Assembly (NCBI GenBank): GCA_050084985.1
Contig: JBITNC010000001.1
Location: forward strand, 174,964,001-175,028,000
Source: Nageia nagi
Taxonomy: Eukaryota; Plantae; Pinophyta
Length of the DNA: 64,000 bases
Reading direction: 5' to 3'
Shown here: piece by piece, positions 13,660 to 27,200 of the stretch
Position numbering within the stretch: position 1 is the first letter of the stretch
How the letters are laid out: each line of letters starts with the position of its first letter
The notes under the pieces: generated by a model
Database searches by the model: none
What the model saw: the letters and a program-made list of their open reading frames with translations, nothing else
Told to the model about the DNA's origin: nothing
Position numbers and translations under genes: made by a program

Positions 13660-14460
13660 TTTTGGAGACAAGGAGAGTCTGTCCCCTTATTTATTTATCA
13701 TTATGGATGAGGCTTTATAAAGATGTATTTTGAAAACCCAAGACTTGGGTTCAATTTTGGGTATGAAGCCCCCTTCTTCTATAAGGACTATTGCCTACCA
13801 GGATACCAACAATTTGTTGATGACACACTGCTTTTAGGGAATTCTTTTGTAAAGGAACCATCAGGTTTCAAAAGGATTTTTAATTTATGTGTGTCAGTTT
13901 CCCATCAAATGATTAATTTAGGAAAAAGTGAAGTATTCTTCTTGAATACCCTTGAGAACAAACGAAAAAAAAATTCAAGTATCTTAGGTTTTAATGCCAG
14001 CTCTCTTTCTATAGTTTAGTGTTTACCTTGTAACATTTTTGTTTATAGGAGCTTGTAATAATAGTGTTTGGGATCCTTCATTCGACAAATTTCGGCAAAA
14101 ATTGGCTGTTTGGAAAAGTGCTCTTTTGTGTCAAGCAGGTAAATTATTGTTAATAAAAGTAGTCTCCAATCTCTTCCCATTTACATGCTCTCATTATTTA
14201 AAATTTCTATGAAGATTGAACATAGAATAGAAAGTGTCCAGAAAAGATTCTTATGGGCTGGAGTATAAGAGAACAGTAGAATCCTACTTGCTGCTTTGGA
14301 AAAGTATGTAGACCTAAATCATGGACGTTTAAGTTTGAGAAAGATAATACTTTTAAGAAAGTCTTGGTTGGAAAGTTAGGACAAAGGATTATAGAAGAGG
14401 GATAATGTGGGCTAAAATATTAAAGGTTAAATACTTGGACAACAATTATCCAAAAAGGCT
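13660..14460 (+). pseudogene. LINE (L1-type) reverse transcriptase fragment
   Basis: RQG..SPYLFIIMDEA, QQFVDDTLLLG (YADD-equivalent), INLGKSEVFF, WKSALLCQAGK, SLPIYMLSLFKI, RFLWAG, with stops and frameshifts. Confidence 0.9.
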
Positions 14461-14466
14461 TGTGCT

Positions 14467-17400
14467 TGTGTATGTACTTAATTTGATTTTCATTTATTTA
14501 AATATCTAATTATTAGTATTATAGATTTATCTTAATTATTTATGTTATTATCACAATAATTGATATAGTGGACTAATGTGTATTATTTGTAAGTTATTCG
14601 TGGCCGAAGGAGTGGGTGTGACCCAAGGTATGGGTGATCATTATCAAACTACCTATATAATGGAGAATCACATAACTCCATTATCAAGACAGATTTGGTA
14701 AAACAAATTTTGAGATTTGATAGTGGTAATATACTCTTTAGGTGTTTTTTAACATCGTTTTATCAAGATTGGAATCTGGATACCCTCGTTGTCTTATGCA
14801 AGCTGTCATATTTTTATTGTGTAAGAAGTAAAATTCTTGCAGGTTGGCAAACTTGTGATCTTTCGTTGGGCATATGGATCTTTCAAAAGATGACTGTTGA
14901 TGACCCATATCCAGATCGCCAACGACCCATTTCCTGTAGGGCCGATCGCCAATGGTTCATTTCCTGAGGATAAGAGCCTTGGGGATTTCATGTGTATTTT
15001 TGTGAGGTCATCATTCGTCTATGTTCATCCTTAGTTCGTCATAGGTAAATACAATAGGCAAGTATCTGAATTTGATTCTTGATAGGCATATATCATCGCA
15101 TATCTTCTATTACTTTCATTTATTGAAGTGTGATGATTGGCCATTGGAATATTCGACCTAAAGGAGATGTTAGAATTGTTATTTATTATTTAATTATTGT
15201 GGTTTCGTATTTTTTAAATATCTACAGATTGGTGAACTTGATGATTTTACACTACTTGTGCCAAAACCCTTACGGTTTTTGGAAAGGACTAATTATGTCA
15301 TTTTAGAATTTTTGAAATGACAAATTCAAGAAAGATTGCCACATTCTTAGCCTATAAATGTCATGATATAGCTGAGTTTCATGCCTTCCCACATGAAGAT
15401 CATGAAGAAGGAGAAGGAAGTTGTAATGCGCAACCTATATCTTCCTTTCAAGAAATTGTGTGACATGAAATACAATGTGATTGCGTAATGCAAGGACTAG
15501 ATTTTGATTTTGATGAGTCAACTAGCCCATTGTGTGTAGAGATTCACACTGTCGCTTTGCCTAATAACCACAAAAGTTTGAAATTTTGCAAGTTCACTAG
15601 TCAAGGTGATATAAGAAAACATATCCAATGGTTTCGTGATGAATGTGAGTTGAAAGTTGGGACTGACCAAAGAGTGCTTGCAAAGTTCTTTTTGCATAGT
15701 TTGGAGGAGTATGCTTGTGATTGGTTCTTTTCTTTACTTGAAGCCTCAATTACAACATTTTTGTGAGCTTCGTATTCAATTTGTTGATCTATATAAACAT
15801 AATTTGAAGCAAGAGGTGACCCTAAAGCAAAGACCATTGATAAGAGTTGATAAATTCATTATGCGGTTCAAAAAGATGTGGCAACAAGTAAGGATCAAGA
15901 TTGATCAAAAACATATAAGTCATGTTTTTAAAGAATCTCTTCTCTTGCAATTACAAGCATATGATATGGATTATACTCATATAGGGTTTTCAAAAATGAC
16001 TCATAAGTTGATTGAGAAATTAAAAAATGCTTGTCAACATGGGTCAAGTATGAGCAAGAAAAAGACAGAAGGAAAGAGGCCATATCACGCAAAGAAAGAA
16101 ACTAACAAAGTAAATGTGGTTGAAAAAGAGAAGGATGAACCAAAGAGAGGTGAAAGATCTACTTATATTAGATTTCTAGAAGCTCCACGTCTCATTCTAA
16201 GGGATCTTATCCAAATGAATCTTCTTCAACCATTGCCAAAAGGAGGAGCAAAAATTAGAAACAAAACCTAATTGGTATAATCCATATGCTTATTGTTCTT
16301 TTCATCAGTTAAGAGGACATTATACAAATTCTTGTTGAAGATCGAGAAACAAAATTCAAGAGTTGATCAAAAGTGGTGCATATGTTTGTGTCTAATGATA
16401 AACATGTGAATGCCAATTTTCAATGAAGAGATTTGTGCAACTATGAAGAAAGGAAGGCCACCAAAGCAAATTATAGATCCGGTTTCAACAGAAAGAAAAT
16501 GTCTTCCAAAAGATCTTAGAAGTTTCAATTTGGTAGATCAACTAAAGAACACCCAAGCGAAGATAAGTTTGTTTGAGTTGATTTCTACTTCTAAGGTTGA
16601 TAGGGATATTCTTTATGGAGCATTTTGAAGCGAACAAGTGGATACAAATATTTCAATTGTTGCATTTTTTGAGTTTGTGGAGACATGGAGTCATTGCAAC
16701 ATGATTAAATTTGATGATAAGGACCGTCCAAGCAAGGATGTAGTTGATCAACATGAGACAGTCTGTATTTAGACCAAGATTTTTAATGCTACAATAAGAA
16801 AAACGTTAATTGATGGAGGATCAACCTTGAACATCACCTCTATTGATCTCCTTGATCAACTTGACCAAACTAAGCTTCCTCCCATGGAAAAATCAATTAT
16901 GAGAATAAAAGAATTTGATAATACTGCAAGGCATTGTGTTGGAATCATCAAATTGCCAATCAAAGTGGGTCCAAAGACCATTACAACTCCTCATGTCATG
17001 GAAGGAAAATTTCCTTATAACCTTATTCTTGGAAGGCCTTGGATACATAACATGGGAGTGGTTCCATCCACACTGCACAAGTGTATCCAATTTGAATATA
17101 AGGGAAAAATAGTCAAGGTGGATGCATATGAAGAATCAACAAAGAGGTGTAGTTTGGTATACTTAGAAAAATTTGCTCCTTTTAATGTGGCGAAAAAACT
17201 TACTCCCATATAGAAGGCTTTGTAAAAAATGAAACAATAGACCAAGATTGAAGAAATAAAACCTGACACATACAAAATTTCAAATGTGAATGCTCTCAAT
17301 TCTATTCAAGATTTTGGCAGACCCACAACAACCCCAAAAGAGGATCACCAGAGGTCCATTTCTGCATAAGAGGACCGCCAACAGTTTGTTTGCAAAGAGG

Positions 17401-17822
17401 ACGATTGCTAGCGATCCGTTCTTAAGACATAAGATTGCTAATGTTCTGATTCCAATGCAAAGAGTACAAACTAAGAGATCAACACCACTCTACACAACCT
17501 AGATACTTCGTTTGCCACACCAGATTAGCCTATTTCGTCAACTATTTTAACAAAACTTGAAGATCACAAAGGTATGCAAAATTCCTTTTAAAATTTAGTA
17601 CAATATTATTAAATCGCTATATGGTTGATTTATGTAAACATGGAGGAAAAATATTAGGTAAATCAAAACAGGGTATAGAGCAATTTCTTGAAATTTGGGT
17701 AATAAAGCAAAAAATTAAAGTTGGATTCAAATCAAAGGTAAAGGAGGATTTTCCATTTTTCTACCTTTCAAAACCTATTGTAGTTGTTGAGTTATCATAA
17801 TTATCAGATGATGAAGATTCCA
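14467..17822 (+). mobile_element. Ty3/gypsy Tat/Ogre-like element, 5' part (LTR, PBS, gag, protease), truncated by a copia insertion
   Basis: Putative LTR 14467-15226 (TG...TACA); decayed PBS TGGTGAACTTGATG at 15230; gag homologous to 35403-36713; protease region downstream. Confidence 0.8.
15488..17700 (+). pseudogene. gag-protease (Tat/Ogre-like), decayed
   Basis: FRDECELKVGTDQRVLAKFF; YCxxHxxxxHxxxxC knuckle ~16290; FNLVDQLKNTQAKISLFELI; LIDGGSTLN active site ~16805; YNLILGRPWIHNMGVVPSTLH; G-patch-like LGKSKQGI ~17655. Confidence 0.85.
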
Positions 17823-20800
17823 TGTTGAGCAAGGTGCATGAAAATGTTTTCATTTTTGTCAGCACACTATTACGGACATATGCAATGCTTGTATGAGAAT
17901 TTTCAATGTATATGTGTTTCAATTTGCACAGTTGCAAAAATCGTCAAAAGTTACAAAAATTGTCAAAAAGTTGCAAATGGTGCAAAAGTTGCTCATATGT
18001 GCTTGTTTGGAGATGTTCGGTGTTTATGAGGATGTTTTTGATGTTTGTGTGAAGTATTTACAGGTTGTTTGTGCAAGTTTGCAAAAGTTGCAAAAATTAT
18101 TAAGTTGTCAAAGTTGCAAAAGTTGTCAAAAAGGAGCAAAAGTTGCACATCTTGCTCTTGCATGCCAATGGATTGTGTTGGATGGCCCAACATATCTTTC
18201 GGAATCTCATTTGTCAGTTGGAAGTGAAGTTGTAGTCTTGGACAAAATTCAGTATTGTTTTGGACCACTAATTTAGTGGAAATAATCAATTTTGCTTTAG
18301 GGAGTGTTCGGACAAGTTGGATCCATACTGAGCTTGTCGACATGTGTGGAAATAGTTCAAAATAGTGTTGGAGGTGTTAGCTCAGTGTTTGGGTCGATTG
18401 GTTTCTTCGTCGGTAGTTGGTTGGACAATTTTCCACTTTTTGGGATAGTTGTAAAATTAACTCTAGCGGCCACTTTGTAGATTGAATATTAAGCAAACCA
18501 TAAGAGTTGGATCTTGAAATATTTATTGGAGGTAGTTAGATATGCCGAGAGCTTAAGTTTTAAATTCCAGTTCAAACGAAGTTCGTATGCAGAAACGGTG
18601 AGTGTTGCAATATGGCTCCGAAGTAATTTTTTCAGTTTTGGACATTTTTGTATTGAGGTGACAAAATGATCAAATTCGACCCTTTGTGCTTCCGAACCTC
18701 GAGTTTAATGATTGTTTCACATATATCTCACCGAGATGAGCAACTTTGCCTTTTGAATCATCTCGATCCGAGGTCTCGAAGTATGAGTTTGAATAACTTG
18801 CACAATACTTTGGCCATGACATGTTTGATGAAATGTCTCTAGAAAATAATAGATTGTGTATGTGCAAAATAGTAGGCATGTGACTTTTTTGATAGAATGC
18901 TTCAATGCATTTTGTGGAATGAAAAGAGTGTGATTTGTTTGACAAAATGCCCATCTTTGAGTTCATGACATCTGAAAAACAAAGAATGAGGCGTTACAAT
19001 AACTAAAGTAGTCTATTGAATAGAATGTAAGTTTGGAGATAAATATGTTTTAGAAGTCCATTTGTATTTGATATATGATTTGAAAGCGAACATAGCTGGT
19101 TTGTGTGTTTTTGAAAGAAGCCTATTCAAACATTAAGAAACAACAAATGAATATGATGAGGTGTGAGTGTAAAAAGACAATGAAACATGGTACCGTTAAG
19201 AAGAGTAGGAGCTATTGTCATTATATGCGTCAAGTTGAGTAGGCAACTGTTTCTTTCAAGAAGACAAAAGATGAACAAGAGGAAGAAAGTTGCAACGTGT
19301 TTGTTGTTGTTTGAGAGGTTGCCAAAAGGTAGTGAATATGGACAATTACACAAAGAAACTCTGCATGCTCTTTTTTTAAAGGCAACAAATATATAACATA
19401 TAAAGGAGCAAACATCTACAACATGTGTGAATGCTATTTGAAAAGATTCAATGTGCAGTTTTAGAAGAAGAATATGAAGAGACAAGTTGCATCTTTTTTT
19501 AACAAGTGTTGAGCTAGAATAACATCTTTTTGATCTTTGATATTATTGTTTTGATAGAGCATAGTAGGTATATGGACAAAATATAGAGATAATAAATGTA
19601 CAAGGAGATACATATAAAAAGAGAGGACTTGTATTGAAGGCAAATATGAGGATTTAGTGTAATAGAGATAAAAGGTTGTTGGTTTCCAATATTGAAGAGA
19701 TTAGTGTGTGAGGTGTACAAAGCAGGGAAAAGTGTGATAATCAAAAATGAGAAGAGCAAAGTAAGGTGCTACACTATATAGGGTCGTTGTAACAAATATC
19801 ATACATTCTACTGCTTTCTTGCGAGCTTGCCAAGTCAGTACTTGGCGATAAGAGTTGGTGCTGCTTGGAGTTGATGCTAGAGATTGGGTTGGTTGGTGCC
19901 ATTCTCCGTGGTGGGTGCTATGAAAATTTATAAAAGTCCAACCATTTTTCAGAGTGGATTTGGGTGGGAGCATTAGCAATCCATTGACATAGTGGTTTTT
20001 AACACATCGGGTTTCCACTATAAATATTGTGTTGTGTGGTGAATTGTTTTTGTGCGATTGTTTAATATGCTTTGATTTTATAGTTGGGTAACACTGATTC
20101 ACCCCTCCTCTCAGTGTCACACATAGTTCGTTAATTGTTATCGGAGCTAGGTTCCCAAACAGGTTCAATCAGCTAAGGTGATCTTGGAAGTGACATTATG
20201 GAAAGTGGTGAAGGTTTCTCTTCAAACAAAGCATCAGTTTTTGATGGAAAAAACTACACGTTTTGGAGATTTAGAATGCAAACATATCTTTGTGCTTTGG
20301 GATAGGACAGTTGGGAATTGGTAAGTAGTGGATACACAATATGTGTCACTCCTCTGATTGATGTTGCAACAAAGAAATTATTTGAGAATGATTTAAAGGT
20401 GAAGAATGTGATCATGTGCGAATTAGTAGATAGTGAACTAGTAAAGGTTATGTGATGCAAGATCGCAAAGGAAATTTGGGACGATAAGATCAAGGAAGTA
20501 AAGCTACAAACACATCGAGCTCAGTTCGAAGGGTTGAAGATGAACGAGGATGAGAATATAGAGACCTACATGTTGAGAGTTAATGAAGTTATCAATGCAA
20601 TCATAGGACTTGTAGAAGAAATCGAAGATTCGATCATTGTGATAAATGTATTAAGATATCTTCCTCGAAGGTTTGATTCTAAAATTTCAGCTATAGAAGA
20701 AGCTAAGGATTTAAATTGTTTCAATATTGATGAGATACATGGTTCTTTGATTGCATATGAAATGAGAATAGGAAAATCTAAACCCACAGACAAAGAAGCT

Positions 20801-23069
20801 ACCTTTAAGGCAAAAAAAAAACGAAAGCAAAACAAAAATTCAAAGAAGAAGAGACATCAAATGAAATAGAAGCAAACTTTGTTTGAAAACTTAAAAGAGG
20901 AAAAAGAAAATACAAAGGAAAACTATCTTTTAAATGTTTCAACTATGGAGGTGTTGGATAGTTTGCAGCCAAATGTTCGATCAAAGGAAAGAATAACAAT
21001 GATAATGATTCTTATAGAGAAAAATGTGACAAAAAGAAATGAAACTTTAGAAAAGGAAAATTTAAAAAGAAAAGTTTCTTATCTAAGAATGACAGTTCCA
21101 ATGGATATTTTGATGAAGAGTGTAATGAGGCATTGTTTATGGCTTTCGAAGAGGAAAAACATATAAAAGAAGAGATTGATGAAGAAGAAATTGAAGCAAA
21201 AGTATGCTTGGAAGGAGAATTGGTTGCCAAATTAGACGAGTTGAGTGTAGAACGAAAAATATATAAGAAGACTGCAAAGAAGCTTGAAGATGCAAATGAA
21301 ATTCTTACTAGTTTGAAAATAAAGATTAAAGAATTCAAAAAAAATTCAAACTATCTAGAAGCTCAACTCACCATTAAAGTTGAATATAGTAGTAAGTTGG
21401 AAGTAGAAATCACAGGACTCAGTATGCAGTTAGAAGAGATGAACAAGAAAATAAGTTTGTATCATGTACTTGAAGGCAATTCCACCAAGTTGAGTGAGAT
21501 AATTAAGAACCAACGAACATCTCCTATCCAATGGACCACAAAATACAAATGTAAAACCTATAAAATTAGAGGAAAAGAAAGTGCAAATGAATTAAGCAAA
21601 ACCAAACCCAACTAAAGAAGATATAAGACGAGAAAGCAATGTTGACGCTGATGGATTCACAAAGGTTCAAAAGAGAGGGAGATTCATGGGACCCACCAAT
21701 ACATGGAAGAGACCACAACCTAGGTTCAATTCTTTCTTTAATGGCTATTGTTTTAAATGTGGGTATATAACAAGATTTTGTAGAAACATGATTGCATCAA
21801 ATACCTTTCAGGATGAAGAATCTTAACCTATGAAAATTCTTTGCAAAAATCAGAAAATGAAAAACCATCATAAGAGCCCAAGGTAAAAACAAATATGAAA
21901 GGAGAAAGATCAGTTAAAGAATGATAAAGAATCATTGATCTTGTAAACAAAATTTAAAGCACAGAACAAACCAGCCTTACAGATACTTGATAGTGGTTGC
22001 TCAAGTCACATGATCGAAGATAAACAGAGGTTTGAAAAATTGTTGCAGTATAAGGGCAGTTCAATGAAGTTAGACAATAATGATGGTGCTAAGATAGTTG
22101 GTAGAGGCACAATAACGATCAATAATGGAAAGATCAGGTCATAGGAAGTGTTATTTATAGTTGGTCTAAAGCATAATCTATTGAGTGTAAGTCAAATCTG
22201 TGATGGGGGCCATGATGTGATATTTAAGAAATAGGGTTGCTAGATCAAAAAAGTTAGCAGTGGTAAGTTAATTGCAATCGAAATAAGGACATATAGGAAT
22301 TTGTATAGGCTTACAAAGACTTCAAAGGGATCATGTTTGCTTGGAAAGGAAGATGACAACTGGTTGTGGTACAAGAGACTTGGGCATCTCAACTTCAACA
22401 ATTTGGTAAAAATAAGCTCCAAGAAGGTTGTGCGAGACATACCTAGTATTGCAAAACCATCCAACACAATTTGTGATTCATGCAAAAAAGGTAAACAAAC
22501 TAGAGCATCATTCAAAATAAAAGAGTATCACACTGGCAAACCATTAGAACTAGTGCACATAGATTTATGCGAACCCATGAGAACATAAAGTATAAATGGC
22601 GACAAATATTTCATGTTGCGCATAAATGAGTACACAAGGATGACATGGGTACAAATTTTTAAGCATAAGTTAGAGGCCCTCAACATGTTTAAGACTTTCA
22701 AGAACCAAGTTGAAAATCAGATTGAAAGAAGAATTAAGTGTCTTAGATCAAACAAAGGAGAGTTCATCTTAGAAGAGTTCACAGAGTACTGCGAGAAGTA
22801 TGGTATTTGGAGACAACTTTTAAGCTGCCAGGACACCTCAACAAAATGGAGTTGTAGAAAGAAAGAACAAGGTAGTACAAGAAATGACAAGAATAATGTT
22901 GGTGGAAAGCAAAATAGCAGAAATGTTTTGGAAAGGGGCAGTTCATACCACATGAAAATAAAATTCCATATGAAATGTGGTTCGATAGGAGAGTGTTATG
23001 AACAAAGTTCCCAAAATAGCATAAAATCACCAAAGAGAGAGCTCAACGCATTGAATAAGAGATAAAATC

Positions 23070-23135
23070 TGTAATAAGCCACTTCGAGGGGGCAACCTCC
23101 TTTGTAATAAGCCACTTCGAGGGGGCAACCTCCTT
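23070..23135. repeat. 33-bp tandem duplication within the LTR (present in both LTRs)
   Basis: TGTAATAAGCCACTTCGAGGGGGCAACCTCCTT twice; repeated at ~25384-25449. Confidence 0.92.
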
Positions 23136-23342
23136 TACATCACATCAATTACACAACAATAGACATCTTCAAATGATAATACCTCCTTAGTATATATAGG
23201 AGTCCAAGGGGTGCCACTACAATGAAAGGACACTAGCCGACATACAATAATAATGTAAGGAAATAATAATAACCATAGCCGACCTAACAATAATAATGTA
23301 TAGGGACCTAACATGCCCCTCTCCTTCAAAAAAATGTTGTCC

Positions 23343-24269
23343 TCAACATTTTAGTAGTTCTGGATGCTTCTGTAGAAATTTCTCATCTTCCCATGTGGAA
23401 TATTCAGCCATTGCCATATTTTTACTTTCAACCTTCCTTGCCATCCTAAAAACCATCTCTAAGGATGTTGGTTCAAATAGATGCACCTCATGTTGAATTT
23501 TATCCTTTAAGATTCCCATAAAGAGATCCAAAAATCTATCATCTGGTATATCCTTCACTCTAAGACTCAACTTTTGAAATTGTTGAATGTGCTCCATCAC
23601 TGAACCTTCTTGCCTTAGATTTATCAATTGAGTAAAGAAGGAATTATTCTTAACATCCTCATGGTAGGCTATCAGTTCCTCTGTAAAAATGGACCAAGAT
23701 ATAATAGAACCCTTTTTACGTTCACAAAGCCATTGGTACCATACAACCTGCTCAGGCTCTAGATACAAGGATGCAATAGTTACTTTTTGTGATGTTGGTA
23801 CTTGGTGTAGATCAAAAAAGTGCTCCATTTGAAATATCCAAGTGATGGGGTCCCTTCCATCAAACTTCCTCATGTCGATCTTGGGGATTTGGATTTCCCT
23901 TGAGAACCATGCTTGATTACTTCCATCAGTAGAAGCATATCCTCCTGAATTAGGCTTATTAATGAAGGGTTTATCTCCTTGAATAATATCATTATTTACC
24001 TGATAACCCTGGGCCATATCAACATCTTTAGGAATATTTACCTCTGGGTTTTGTATGAGTTGAAAAATCTTTTCCATATATTGATCCATTTTAGTTGCCA
24101 ACTCTTTTGTCAAATCCCTTTTTAATTCCTCCATATCACCCTTTTTTACACACTCTTTAACCAATTCTTCCACTTGGGATATTCGAAAGAATATGTCTTC
24201 ACTTTTTGCCGTAGTCATGGATGAACCCTCTAGAGGTCTAGTTGGTGTAGCAATTTTTTTCGATGGCAT
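23343..24269 (-). CDS. Gypsy Gag (308 aa) ending in a chromodomain C-terminal remnant
   Basis: Open frame; PKIDMRKFDGRDPITWIFQMEHFF, LINLRQEGSVMEHIQQF (retrotransposon gag); tail AEYSTWEDEKFLQKHPEL resembles the end of chromoviral integrase chromodomains. Confidence 0.88.
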   Translation of the reverse strand: MPSKKIATPTRPLEGSSMTTAKSEDIFFRISQVEELVKECVKKGDMEELKRDLTKELATKMDQYMEKIFQLIQNPEVNIPKDVDMAQGYQVNNDIIQGDKPFINKPNSGGYASTDGSNQAWFSREIQIPKIDMRKFDGRDPITWIFQMEHFFDLHQVPTSQKVTIASLYLEPEQVVWYQWLCERKKGSIISWSIFTEELIAYHEDVKNNSFFTQLINLRQEGSVMEHIQQFQKLSLRVKDIPDDRFLDLFMGILKDKIQHEVHLFEPTSLEMVFRMARKVESKNMAMAEYSTWEDEKFLQKHPELLKC

Positions 24270-27200
24270 TTTGACTAAGTATTCTAGGGGGTCTCCCTAT
24301 ATACGCCAGGTACGTGGGAGCTCAATTCTGTGCTAGTGCTGTCTAATGCACAACCGTTCGAAAAGGGCCCTTGCTAATATACTCGCGGTACGTGAGGGAA
24401 TCCTAAAGGACCTCTCTATATACCATGTACGTGCATGAGCATGATGGCCTCTCTATATACTCAAAGGTACGTGAGAGAATCCAACAGTGGCCTAAGCGAT
24501 ATACTGCGAGTACGTTGTAGGAGACCACAATTCCTCGGGATGCAGTGCTGGCAAAGTAACGACAGCTCCTATGTTTAAAGATGCCAGAACACATCTATAC
24601 CTAAAATAATCTACTCTTTCTTTTCTTTCCAATAGCTTATGAATCACCCCAAATAGACCTTCCAATCAAAATATATGCAAATTTAAAGAAATAAATAAAT
24701 AAATTGTACCTTTTTAAATCGTGATTTGGAGACTGTTCTATTATCCAACCTTCCAACTGATGTAAATATGAAATTTCGGCCCTTTAGAGTCTGAAATTTA
24801 TACCTATGGTAGCCTCAGATGTCTTCTTTTCAATGCCACAGATTTCGTCAAATTCTGATAGTCCAAGAGGAAATGACTGCAATTTTCCCAAAATGTGCTG
24901 ATTTTTGGATTTTTTTGAAGAGCGAACTTGTATGAATTGCCTTGTGTCACCTGTTTATTCTCAGACCTTGAAAATTGTAACAGATAAACTTTAGTATATA
25001 ACCTAACCAATACAATAGGTTTCACCTATTTTGGAGCTGTAAAACTTCAGATATACCCTTTTTAGCTAGAACACCTGTTTCAGACCTGCTTTTGCGACTA
25101 GTCACAAACCTTAACTTCCCCTGAGTGTAACTTAAAAAATATAGCGAATTAGGAGTTGAAATTTTAACCGAAACTTCTTCGTTATGTCTTAAAAAAACCC
25201 AATAAATTTGAAAATCTGAATCCTCCCGAAAAAAAATTGGTAGCGAAAATGCCACGATGACTAGTTTTGAGCTGTGAAACCCTAGAATCGTCTGCTCTGG
25301 TACCAAATGTTATGAACAAAGTTCCCAAAATAGCATAAAATCACCAAAGAGAGAGCTCAACGCATTGAATAAGAGATAAAATCTGTAATAAGCCACTTCG
25401 AGGGGGCAACCTCCTTTGTAATAAGCCACTTCGAGGGGGCAACCTCCTTTACATCACATCAATTACACAACAATAGACATCTTCAAATGATAATACCTCC
25501 TTAGTATATATAGGAGTCCAAGGGGTGCCACTACAATGAAAGGACACTAGCCGACATACAATAATAATGTAAGGAAATAATAATAACCATAGCCGACCTA
25601 ACAATAATAATGTATAGGGACCTAACAGAGAGTGATAGTCAAACATTCTAAGGTATTTGAAAGCAAATGCTGCATCAAAAGAACAAAGGAAAATCTTGGT
25701 AAATTTGAGCACAGAGTAGATGAAGGTATTTTCCTTGACTATTTGACGAAGAGCAAAGCATACAAGTGTTACAACAAAAGACTAAAGAAAATTATTGACA
25801 ATGTTGATGTTAAGGTTGATGAGCAGTGAGTTACCAAAAAGCAATGACGGAAATTTTCCCATTTATGAAGAGACCATTCAAGCGGAAAAGTAAGAGGAAA
25901 AACATGAGCAAGCGAAAAGTGATTCAAAAAAAGAGGAAACATATGAAAATAAAGAAAAGAACAAGAAATCTAAATCCACAACCTGGCAAAAAAGATCATC
26001 ATGAAGAACAAATAATTGGAGATCCCAAAGTTGGTGTTCAGACAAGAACAAAAATTGTTAAAACTATCTCTCTTTTATCCAACATATAACCTAAAAATGT
26101 TCCTCAGGCAAGTCAAGATGAAGGTTGGGTACAAGCAATGAATGAAGAATTAGATCATATTGAGAAAAACAAGACTTGGGAGTTAGTACCAAGACCCGCA
26201 ATCAACAATGTGATCAGTACCAAATGGGGTATTTCAAAACAAATTGAATGAAGATGGACAAGTAGTTAGGAAGAAAGCAAGATTAGTATGCAAAGGATAT
26301 GCACAAGTTGAAGTTATTGATTTCGAGGAAACCTTTGCTCTTGTGGTTATATTAGAGGCAATTGGAATGTTTCATGCTTTGATAGTATATAAGAATTTCA
26401 AGGTCTACTAGATGGATGTAAAGTTTATATTTTTGAATGGGAAACTTGAAGAAGAGGTTTATATTGAGCAGATAGACAATTTTCAGTTAGGAAATGATCT
26501 TAACATGGTGTGCAAGTTAAAGAAAGCATTATATGGTTTGATATGATTCAAGGCTTGATGCTTATCTCCATCACCAAAACTTCAAGAAATGTGCAGTTGA
26601 TAGCAATTTGTACATTAAATCTGGAAATGGTAATCAAATTATTATTGTTGTATATGTAGATGACATTATTTTTGGGGGTTGCAAGGATGAATTATGCAAA
26701 GACTTCTCCAATAAGATGTAAAAATAATTTGAAATATATATGATAGGTTAGCTTGCATATTTTCTTAGTTTGCAAGTTAATCAGTTGAAAAATGGTATAT
26801 TCATTTCACAAATCAAGTATGTGAAAAACAAATGTTGAAAAAGTTTACAATGGAATATGACAAGCTGGTTAGCACTCCCATGACGATAGGTTGCAAGCTA
26901 AGCAAGAATGAAAAATCCCCATCTATTGATCAAACTATGTACGGATCAATGATTTACAACTTATTATATTTGACAACCACTAGACCTAACATATTACATG
27001 TAGTGTGCATGGTGGCACGATTTTAGGCTAATCCCAAGGAGACTCATGTGACAACAGTGAAGAGGAATTTTCAGTACCTCAAAGGCATAATGGATTATGG
27101 TATGTAGTATCCAAAAGGGAAGGAATTCACACTTATTGCTTATTTAGATGCAAATTGGGTAGGTTTTGTTGATGACAGGAAGATCATCAATGGATGTGCA

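Larger units (their letters stand above)
22994..25627 (-). mobile_element. Young non-autonomous chromovirus-type gypsy derivative (2634 bp, gag only)
   Basis: 320-bp LTRs 22994-23313 and 25308-25627, identical by eye, TG...CA; TSD GAGAG (22989-93, 25628-32); Met-type PBS TGGTACCAGAGC (minus, 25294-25305); PPT GAAGGAGAGGGGCA beside the left LTR. Confidence 0.97.

Noticed and set aside
17893-18276. ORFs rich in KLQK/CQSC (also 27756-28172)
   Set aside because: Translations of short LTR repeats
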